This document shows, piece after piece, positions 53,392 through 64,000 of a DNA stretch of 64,000 nt. The notes under the pieces were generated by a model. That model was not told where the DNA came from. It saw nothing but the letters and a program-made list of their open reading frames with translations, and searched no databases. How positions within the stretch are numbered: the stretch's first letter is position 1; each line of letters starts with the position of its first letter. Made by a program: the position numbers and the translations under genes. Source of the stretch: Octopus vulgaris (Eukaryota). The stretch lies in the NCBI GenBank assembly GCA_951406725.2, contig OX597815.1:108872001-108936000 (forward strand), written 5' to 3'.

Positions 53392-53431
<40 letters not shown>

Positions 53432-53482
53432 GTGCATATTTATGCATCTAAGTGTGTGTGTTGGGTGCACTCATTTACCTAC

Positions 53483-53627
53483 CGTTCCATTCTTTGATTT
53501 ACATCCAGCATAACACGGTGAGTAGTAGTTCGTACCATCTTCACTGCAAACGGGCAGATACTTTGAATCATCGCATGAACACGACTGCTTACAGTTTGGT
53601 ACGATAGTTCCGTTTATATAAGTGATT
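53483..53627 (-). CDS. SLCO: SLCO/OATP gene B Kazal-like exon
   Basis: ttatttcag|A ATC ACT... RITYINGTIVPNCKQSCSCDDSKYLPVCSEDGTNYYSPCYAGCKSKNGT|gtaggt. 145 nt, phase 2->0. Not in the ORF track. Confidence 0.94.
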
Positions 53628-54938
53628 CTGAAATAATGTTTATTATGGTTAGGAGAGAGTTATTAAGATATATATAAGACTGATAAAGAAATAGAATATA
53701 TAAATGAAGACAAGAGGTAATGGAGATGATTAAGAGAGACGGATAGCTAGATGACTGTACATTTTGCCTTTTTAGGCATGGCTTCTATAAAACATCATAT
53801 CTAATAAGTCTAAGATAGTAATTCCATTTCCCACTTTTCTCTTTCTAGCAGAGCAAGTGAAAATTATAAGGTTCTTCATTTGATCGATGTAGAAAGACAT
53901 TGAGAAGGAAGCGAAATACAACTATATTGATACGTATACACACTCAAACACACACACACACACATATATATACATAAATATATACATATGCATACACATG
54001 TATACACACACGTATACATACCGCATATTGTAAGTATACATTTATTTGTATATGTATATAAGTGTGTGTGTCTGTATAACTTCATTGTTAACACAAACTT
54101 GCAACGGGGTTTTGTGTTGAAGAAAAATTTATTTTTAAAGGCTTTGTTCATAAAGACACATCAAATTGAGATCCAAGGATCGTCAGTAGACTACCAGATG
54201 CAGTGTTTCGGTATGATTTTGCCACTTCAGTGGGAGACACTGCCTCGATCATTGGAGCGAGCCCGAAGTTTTTTGTTCCTATATATAAGAAACAGAAAGC
54301 AATATATCTAACGGTGTGTCCTGAGGTTTGCCAAGCTGGAATTTATATAGTGCAGGCTCTAAAAGACTATCTGTTACCCGTACATAAACATATCTCTTCT
54401 CGCTAGTAGAACTGGCGCAAGAAAAGGGTTTTCTTTAAGGCCAATATACATTGGGAACAATGTCTCCGCAAACATTGACACCAGAACGTAATGATACTGA
54501 ACAAATATTGTAAAGGCACCTTGTCCGATGCCCTAACAGTTCTGCCAATCATTCAATCTGGATTGTTCCGTTTTTATCGACATGGAAAAATGAATTGTAA
54601 ACTTGATCTCGACGGGATTCGAATTGGAAGTGTTCAAATAATTGGAACACACACGCGCGCGCATACAGACACACAAGCATGTATGTATATGTACATATCT
54701 TTATTGTTTATCTTTTACTACATTCAGTCATTTGGCTGCGGATATCCTGGGGCAATGTCTTCAAGAATTTTTCATCGCATCAGTCTTTTTAAGCCTGGTA
54801 CTTATTCCATCTGTCTCTTTTGCTGAACCGATTAGGCGACATCGGCGAAGATAGAACTTAGAACTTAGAAGACAGACGAAATAGAACACCGCTAGGCATT
54901 TCCACCGCCGTGCTAACGGTTTTGCCACCTCTCCGCCC

Positions 54939-55007
<69 letters not shown>

Positions 55008-55078
55008 TAATAATAATAATAATGATGATGATGATGATGATAATAATAATAACAATAATGATTATGATGATGATGATG

Positions 55079-55136
<58 letters not shown>

Positions 55137-55152
55137 TAATAATAATAATAAT

Positions 55153-56850
55153 ACCGAAAGGCGTTTGATAGCATTCCCCACACGTGGATCCTCGAAACAC
55201 TAGCCATTAACAAGGTAGTACCAACAATTATATAATACATAAGACACTCTGTGAATAAATTGCAGACAGTGCTACAGCTCCAAAACTCGTGAAAACCAAA
55301 GCCATCCCCATTAGAAGAGGAATATTCCAGAGAGACACGCTCTCTCCACCCCTTTTCTGCTTAGCACTGTCATCTCTATCTAATAGAACTGGATGCAGAT
55401 ACAAATGTTACGGCAAAACGATCAGCCACTTTTTATATATGGATGACCTAAAACTATACGCTTCAAATCACAAACAGTTCTACAAACAGTTCATGGATTT
55501 ACTGAAGTAATAGATATGAAATTTGGATTAGAAAAATGCGCCAAAGTAACCCTGAAAAGAGGAAAACTAGTTAAGAGTAGCAACATCACACTAGATAAAG
55601 CCAATGAAATAAGAAAATTAGACCAAAGCCAAACTTACAAATATTTAGGAATCCATGAACTAGATAAGATACAACACACACAAATGAAAGAGAAAATAAA
55701 GAAAGAATACTATAGACGAGTTAGAACAATACTAAAAAAACAGCGCTCAATGCTAAAAACAAGATAATAGGTATTAACACTTTAGCTGTTCCAGTTATAA
55801 GTTACAGCTACAATATCCTTAGCTGGACACTAAATGAACTAACCAAAATAGACAGGAAAATAAGAAAAATAATGACAGGATCTAGGATGCATCACCCAAA
55901 ATCTGACATAGAAAGGCTATATATACAACGTATAGATAGTGGTAGAGGCCTTATACAGCTGGAAAACTACTATAAAATAACCACCATAGGACTGCAAAAA
56001 TATCTACTTCAGAAGGAAGGAAAACTGATACAAATAGCGACAAAACACAAGCAAAGCAAAAAACTGTTCTCAGTATTTAAGGAAGCTGACAAATACAAAC
56101 AAGAAATCATACCACCTAACAAATATGAAGAAGAAGAAGAAGAAGAAGAAGAAGAAGAAGAAGAAGAAGAAGAAGAAGAAGAAGAAGAAGAAGAAGAAGA
56201 AGAAGAAGAAAAAGCTATAAAACAAATGAAAGCCAAACTAAAACTAAAACAGCAAAGAACCATGATAAAACGATGGCAAGAAAAGCCCCTTCATGGCAAA
56301 TACTGGACTAAACTAAATGCAAAAGAAATAGACAAAGAAAAATCCCAGCAATGGTTGAGAAGCTCAGGACTCAAAGCAGAGACAGAGGGATTTTTAATTG
56401 CAGCACAAGACCAAAGCCTCCCCACCAGAAATTACCAAAAGCATATAATGAAAGAAACAACAAGTAACTGCAGAATATGTTGAGATGGACAAGAAACAAT
56501 AAATCATATTATCCCTGGCTCCCCAGTCCTGGCTAAGAAGGAATATATTCATAGACACGACAGAGTTGGGACCTGCATACACTGGAAGCTATGCCAACAT
56601 TATGGAATAACAACAGTAAAATGATGGTATAGGCACACACCAGAAAAGGCCACAGATAACGAGAAAGCAACCATACTCTGGAATATGCCAATACACACAG
56701 ATAGAGAAATTATGGCCAACAGGTCAGATATAGTTGTCAGAGATCATGAAGAAAAAAATTATTTCTAATTGATGTATCAATACCGGCAGATGACAACGTG
56801 TCTCTAAAAGAAATGGGGAAACTTTCAAAATACAAAAACCTGGAAATAGA
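55153..56850 (+). mobile_element. R4/Dong-clade (RLE) non-LTR retrotransposon, 5'-truncated, next to (AAT)n
   Basis: RRGIFQRDTLSP, HFLYMDDLKLY, MKFGLEKCA, YKYLGI, HHPKSDIERLYI, KPLHGKY, ETEGFLIAAQDQ, CRIC..ETINHI, HRHDRV, RSDIVVRD..LIDVSIP. Confidence 0.92.
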
Positions 56851-57079
56851 GTGTCACTTTGATGGCATGCACTGCTTTTTCACTCAATGATAATAATGAG
56901 AAGAAGAACAACAACAACAACAAGAATTGAAAGGCTGTAAAAATTTGCCTTCCCTAACTTATGATTATCCCACCTTTCTTATACAATGTAATCGAATAAG
57001 CGTGAACCAAATAAGAAACCTATATCAATCTCGCATTCATTATTGATGAACTAACTTTAAGTAATTTATAATTAATCAC

Positions 57080-57275
57080 CTGGATGGAATTATTTCAGGT
57101 CCAACCATTGCAGGGAATTTACAACCAACCATCAAAAGTGAAGCATGGAATACTGCTACCAATGCAAAACACAAGCAGATATATGTCAGACAACCACGAG
57201 CTTTCAGTTTTGCTTTGGATGTAATCATACCACCGGACAAAGTCCCGATCGATAAAGCAACTAGTGTCGTTGTTC
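57080..57275 (-). CDS. SLCO: SLCO/OATP gene B exon (TM8-TM9)
   Basis: ttttcgtacag|GA ACA... GTTTLVALSIGTLSGGMITSKAKLKARG...GCKFPAMVGPEIIPS AG|gtgatt. 196 nt. Confidence 0.93.
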
Positions 57276-57437
57276 CTGTACGAAAACAAAGAAAATATGC
57301 AGATATTTTAATTAATAGCAACGTATAGTTCACAAACGGAGTGCTCACTCATGAATCATGCACGTGTGCATGCGTAAATGTTCAGACATGTGTTTGATTT
57401 TTCTCTCTTACATACTTGCACCAGAGACATATCTACA

Positions 57438-57760
57438 TACAGGATGTTCGGGTTGAATTTTACAGTTTGTATAAAAGGAAAAGTAGACACAATACCCCCA
57501 TCCAAAACGAAAGTATTTTAAAATATCGAAAAATATTAACTAGATTAAGGCTGAGAGATAACAATTTACTCAAAGTATCCGCCTTTAGCTTCCACCACGG
57601 CGTCAAGACAGTTCTAGCACCTTGCACATACTTTCCTCACTGTGTCCCTGGGAAAATCTTCGAGCACCTCTTTGATCTTGGCGACCAGCTCGGCCTTGGT
57701 GCTGCAAGCATAGCGTTTGGTGTCTTCCTCAAATGCATTCCGCACAGCAATCTTTGAGAT
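57438..57760 (-). mobile_element. Tc1/mariner-superfamily transposase 3' remnant
   Basis: STKAELVAKIKEVLEDFPRDTVRKVC...LDAVVEAKGGYFE*, with a terminal-like TA|CAGGATGTTCG. Confidence 0.7.
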
Positions 57761-59208
57761 TGCAAATGGGGCTGGTGAAGATGTAGATTTTCTCTGACAA
57801 CCACTTCTAACTCTTTCCAGAAGTATTGCAAGGAGCCGAATCCTATTACCAGACAAATGACCTTCCAGTAGCAACTTTCTCCAGCCAGGGTCTACCAGAA
57901 TCTCTAGCAAGTTTAGCCCGAACACACTGTGCATCCCACACATCACGAAATTATTTGGCTGTCTAGAAAAGGCGTATTATAATTATAATTCTTTTAAAGC
58001 ATCGACTTCCATGACACGAAATGGATACATGCAAACAATATTTAAACTGAAATCTTTATCAATAACACAAGTTAAATCCCAAATCTTCAATTGCTCGTCC
58101 AACCCTTTACAGAATAAGAAGCTTGACCGACAGAGACATGAATAATAATACTATATATATATGTGTGTATGTGTGTTTGCACATGTGTGTGCGCGCACGC
58201 GTCCTGGTACTCCGTCATTTATGACAACGAATGTTCCAGTTGATCTGGTCAACAGAACAACCGGCTTGTGAAATAAAGTCTTGCTCAAGGACTCAACTTG
58301 ACACCAGGAATAGAACTCCCGACCACACGATCGTGAGCCGAATACCGTAGCCACTAAGCCACGTGTGTGTGTGTGTGTGTGTGTGTGAATTTGTGCTTGT
58401 GTGTGTGAATTTGTGCGTGTGTGTGTGTGTGATTAGGTATATTAGAGGAAGGAAGAGCACTCAATACGTGCAATAAAATTCATTGAATCGTTCAAAACTT
58501 TTGATTCACTGTCATTATTTTGTTACTATATGCGTTCCATCTTGTCGTCTGAACAAACGCACGGAAAGACAAAATTGCTACAGTAATGAAGTAGATTGAG
58601 AGTTGGAAGGAACACACACTCACGCATGCACGCATACACACGCGCATCCATGCGCGCGCACGCACACACACATTTGCACGCGCACACACTGCACTCAGCC
58701 ATTCACTTCATAATGTATGTTTTCTATGAAGTGTTTTCTCCGGACGATGTATCTAAGAAGTGACTTGAAGGTTTCCATTTAATAATTTATATATAACAAT
58801 TGCAGCGTGGAAGGTGTTTTCGTTCCAGCACACGATCTCAAATCAGGTCATTTGCTATGCAAGTACAACTCCGTAATTTATATATACATTTACATATAAG
58901 CTCCACAACATGACAGACCAGTGGCGAAAATAAAAAAAATAATGCTTTATTTCATTTTTGAATATTTATTCCTGTCCCTAAACACACATGCGCGTGCGCA
59001 TACACAGACACGTACACAGACACTCACTTACAGACACACACACTCACAATCACTCACACACACAAATACACACACATACACACAAACGACTATAGTTTAA
59101 TTTTCAAATTGCTTTTTAACAAGATTACAAAGTCCTGCTTTTTACTTTCTCATAGTAAATTTTTTCATATCTTCATTCTCACACAGACTTTCTCACCATT
59201 ATTTTTGT

Positions 59209-59244
<36 letters not shown>

Positions 59245-59630
59245 CCCACTTTCTCCTTAATGAAAGTATTTACATTCAGGATTATATCTATGATATCTGC
59301 TTGCTAGCTGGTAAACTGGGTGACTCCCTCCTACCTACCTGCCTACCAACATTAGATAACTATCTACTTACCTACAAACATGACCTTCTCTTTCTCTGTC
59401 ACATGATTTCTTTACGCACGCATGCACACACATTCACACACACACTGATATATATATATATATGTATAGCAAATTTTTATGAAAGCAATCTTTTATGAAA
59501 GCAATCTTTTATGAAAGCAAAGCTAACTGCTACACAGAAGTATGTCAAGAACACAAACAGCATAAACACCACAGATATGGATATCCTTTTATGACACATG
59601 CATTTAGAATTATAGGCTTGATAAACTTAC

Positions 59631-59795
59631 CTAAAATTGCATTAGATTTCCATGCTGGGAATAAATATTGTGTCTCCATATATTTAGCCATAAAAGAAAA
59701 TAATCCTGCACTAGCCATCATGTCCAAACCCCCACCAATCAAAAGCAAAAGACAGCAAACATTTTGGAAAATACGCCGAAGTGATGAGAAGAATT
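59631..59795 (-). CDS. SLCO: SLCO/OATP gene B exon (TM7); upstream exons lie beyond the right edge
   Basis: tcctttttcag|AA TTC... EFFSSLRRIFQNVCCLLLLIGGGLDMMASAGLFSFMAKYMETQYLFPAWKSNAIL G|gtaagt. 165 nt. Confidence 0.93.
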
Positions 59796-60901
59796 CTGAA
59801 AAAGGAGAAAATGAAAATAATTTGTAAAAGTGATTAAAAACATTGACTACTGGATGTTTAAAATATATATTGAGAAAAATACCAAGGCTTATATTTGTTT
59901 CTAAAAGTAATTATGTGAGTTATCGTAAAAGACAAGGCTTGTGAAAGCTGTGTGATGTATGCTATAAGTTAAGTGAGTTTTCGAGTATTTGCTCATTCTC
60001 GTGATTGGAAAAATTGGCGCGTTAATTTCCCATTTAAAATATTTCAGATCAACAAATGCAGGAAAGACACGAGCAGTGAAAAGATTCAAGAGGGTGTATG
60101 TATTGAAGGAGGGCGACTGGGCATAATGGTCAGTGCAGGCAAAGTGGGGTTGGATGCTCAAGATTGAGGAAAGAGGAAGAGACGAACAGGTCAGAAAGCG
60201 TCTGAGTCCCGGAGGTATGAGACCAGCTAGCTCCGTGGTGCAGAAACCATTACAATAGCAATGGGGAATATAAAAACATCACATATCTAGCCCTTGGGCA
60301 AGAGACTGTATCCATTAGTGATGGGGTACTTAGCAGTAGAGTGGCATTTCTCTCAATGCGATCCTGGTTGTGAGTGTGTGTAGCCAATTGCGGGCTTCGC
60401 CTAAGCCTTATAGGGCGTCAAGAACTGTTGAGGACTAATATTTTCTGACCCTAAAGAGAAAGGCTGGTCTTTGGAACGCAGTCTTTGATGTACTTTCCCT
60501 TGAAAACATTCTCTTTTGCTCGGAAAGATACTCAGTGACCTTTTCTTTTAACAATTGCGAGAGATTTATATGAGTACCGTTCATATTTATAGGTGTTGTG
60601 CGTTGGTGTTTTCTTGATATGAGTAAGGATCGAAGTCTTTTGCTGTTAAAAAGAACAAGATTGACATGGCTGCATTAAAGGAGGCTCTTAAGACGTCCGT
60701 TTATGACATCAATGTAAATGTGGCATTTACTCTCAAGGTTGCGTATAGACGATGTATGATTATGGAAGAATCGTATGTGAGTTATCGTTATCAAGAATGG
60801 AAGGTTAAAAGTTGTAGGCTCGAAAATGGTAACTAAAATATTTGCTAGTAGTCACAAAATATACATATATGACTACATAAATGCAAAAGATAAATTTATC
60901 G

Positions 60902-61022
<121 letters not shown>

Positions 61023-61184
61023 AATAATTCTTTCTATTACAGGCACAATGTCTGAAGTGTTTTTTGGGTGGGGGTACTAGTCGATTACATCGACCCCAGA
61101 ATTTCACTAGTACTTAACTTTTCGAGCATACAGTGAACCCGTTCCACTGTTTTAGTACTGATATTAGAATGGAATTTGGACTCA

Positions 61185-61940
61185 AGAAGTGCGGAATTAT
61201 CTACCTAAAAAGAGGCAAGGTACAGTCCCTAGCAGGGATAGAATTACCGAACAGATACCTGATTAAACAAATTTAAAGGGAAGTATACAAATACCTTGGT
61301 ATACTAGAGTTCAACGAGATAATGGTAAAGGAAATGAAAGAGCAACTGAGGATGAACTATTTCAGAAGACTCCTTAAACAAGAAGTGAACAAACAAACAG
61401 AAAAGAAAAATCAGGGAAGGAAAAGAAAAGGTACGGTCAGTTTGCAAGAGGTGTGAACGCCAAGACAGATATAGAGGACCGGTGGCTATGGATGAGGAGG
61501 TGTAACCTGGAGATAGAGACAGAAGCACTCATAATGCGCTGCTCAGGAACAAGCGTTTAGGACCGACTATATGAAGTGCAGAATAGACAACACTACGGAT
61601 AGCATAGAATAGACAACACTACCGATGCAGAATGTGCAGTGGGAGGGGTACGACGGTATGTCACATCGTTAGTGAATGCTCGAAATTGGCACAACGTGAA
61701 TACAAAACACGCCATGACAATGTGGCAAGAGGGATCCATTGGGAGCTCCGTGGCAACCACAGCCTACAAAGAGCAAAGACGTGGTATGAACAAACTCCAG
61801 AAGGAGTCACCGAAAATGAGAATTGCAAATCCCTGTGGGATGCAATGATTCAGTACGATTCCACGATCAGACATCGGAAACCGGACAGTCAAACCGACAG
61901 AGTAACAGAAGCTAGAAGGCTTGAATTAGTGGTTATGGTG

Positions 61941-62001
<61 letters not shown>

Positions 62002-62254
62002 AAGAGAATAGAAAGTGCCAGATAATTGACTTTACCGTCCCAAATGATGAAAAAATTAATATGAGAGGTACAGAAAAAATAGCAAAAGAGAGGATGGAAA
62101 GTGCGGGTAAAATGTATCCCAGTAGCTATAAGTGCATTGGGAACTTACCTTAAATATGTGAATAGATGGATAGAGGAAATAGGCCTAAAACCCAGTTTAG
62201 TAAAGCTCCAGAAAACAGTGTTATTAAGGACAGGTAGGATAATTAAGAGGCATC

Positions 62255-62285
<31 letters not shown>

Positions 62286-62790
62286 AAGAAGAAGAAGAAG
62301 AAGAAGGACAACAACAACAATAATAACTATAATATGCCAACTTTATCGAATAACAACAGAAAAAAGATGACAGTCACACGCCAGAAAAGGTCTCAGAAAA
62401 TGAGAAAGTCACCATACCCTGAGATATGTCAATACACACAAATCGAGAAATTAAGGCCAATAAGCCTGATATAGTTGTCAGAGATCACAAAGGAAGAAAA
62501 TGCTCTCTAATCGATGTATCAATACCGACGGATGACAATGTTTCTCTAAACGAAACGGAGAAACTTTCAAAATACAAAGATCTGGAAATAGAGGTAACTC
62601 GAATGTGGAATCTAAAAACAGAAACAATACCTATCGTAGTAGGTTATTAGGTATGATAAAAAAATATTCAGGCAAATACATAACAAAAACACCAAGGCTA
62701 ACAGGTATATATAGCAAAAAGAAAAGAGCGCTACTAGGCACCGCTCGGTAGTGCAGTGAAAGCACGTAATAAAAATAAGACTACTGTATA
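61185..62790 (+). mobile_element. Two tandem R4/Dong-like LINE 3' portions
   Basis: CRMC...TVCHIVSECSKLAQREYKTRHDNVA...RHRKPD...IIDFTVP. Second element: ANKPDIVVRD...LIDVSIPTD...EKLSKYKDLEIEVTRMW, followed by (AAT)n. Confidence 0.88.
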
Positions 62791-62792
62791 AC

Positions 62793-62908
<116 letters not shown>

Positions 62909-62943
62909 TGACGATGATAATGATAATGATGATGATAATAATA

Positions 62944-63012
<69 letters not shown>

Positions 63013-63016
<4 letters not shown>

Positions 63017-63580
63017 GCTCTGATGCAGTACCAGATAGTGGCTCTCATGGCTTCTGATCTTAACTAATTGGAAGTGTTATCATGTACATTGTTTTGTCTT
63101 GGTATAAAAGATGAGCTAAAGCAAATATTCTGCTCAATACCACAGATTTGCCTGTCAGTTGTTTGACCTTAACCAGTTGAGCATGTCCCTTAGTGGCTGA
63201 CGATATGTGCATGTCTGATCACAAGCAGAAGTAGTGGGGGAGCATCATAGCCATTTGTTCAGAGGGATTCTTTGGGGTTTGAATAATTCACCTCTGGAAA
63301 CATGGGTGGTTTGTTAAACATCCTTAAGCAACCCTTATCAGGGAACTTTTGAGCAGGATGGGTTACTCGACCAGAAGAAAATTCTAACTGGGTCCCACCT
63401 TCAAGGTCATGTGCTGTTTATCTTGATATGAGATCACCATGTCGCGCACATATGATTGTGATGCATGTGCCTGGTGTACCCTTATCAGACAGGTAGTCAT
63501 GATGGGTATACTGGGCTTCGTATATTTTACCCCAGTGTCACTTCGATGACATGCACTGCTCTCTCACTCAATAATAATAA

Positions 63581-63654
<74 letters not shown>

Positions 63655-64000
63655 ATAATAATAATAATAATAATGTTGTACTGAGCAGTGGATCTCATGG
63701 CTTCTGACTTTGATTAGAAGTGTTATTATGTATATTGTTTTGTCTTGCTATAATAAATGATGGGCTAAAGCAAATATTCTGTTCCATCCCACAGATTTGC
63801 TTATCAGTTGCTTGGCCATAACCAATTGAGCATGCTCCTTGGTAGCTGACGATATGTGCATCTCTGATCATAAATAGAAGTAGTTGGGGAGCATCATAGC
63901 CATGTGTCGAGAGGAATTCTTTGGTGTTTGAATAATTCATTTCTGGAAGCATGGATGTTTTGTTCATCATCCTTAAACGTTATTCAGGAATGAGCTACTT
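63013..64000 (+). mobile_element. Two tandem copies of the (AAT)n-associated SINE-like element
   Basis: Full copy 63013-63570; a second, more diverged copy from ~63675 runs off the window. Confidence 0.85.

Overview
AT-rich, microsatellite- and transposon-dense animal DNA. The SINE families and repeat landscape look like octopus/cephalopod (inference from recall, not verified). Two tandem paralogous organic-anion-transporting-polypeptide (SLCO/OATP) genes lie on the minus strand. Gene B contributes its last six coding exons (59795->48899). Gene A contributes its first seven coding exons (24260->3550) and continues off the left edge. All exons were assembled by hand with canonical GT-AG sites and consistent phases, and shared exons have identical lengths (165/196/145 nt). 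Between the genes are an intron-containing tRNA-Ile(UAU) gene and a decayed inverted copy of it, flanking an old Penelope-like retroelement. Introns and intergenic DNA hold a mariner pseudogene, Tc1/hAT/piggyBac-type MITEs, R4/Dong-, RTE-, Tx1- and CR1-like LINE fragments, tRNA-derived SINEs in head-to-tail arrays, and four Penelope-like GIY-YIG elements, three of them with minimal hammerhead ribozyme motifs. One Penelope-like element is fused to (TTAGGG)n. There is also a 917-bp near-perfect palindrome.
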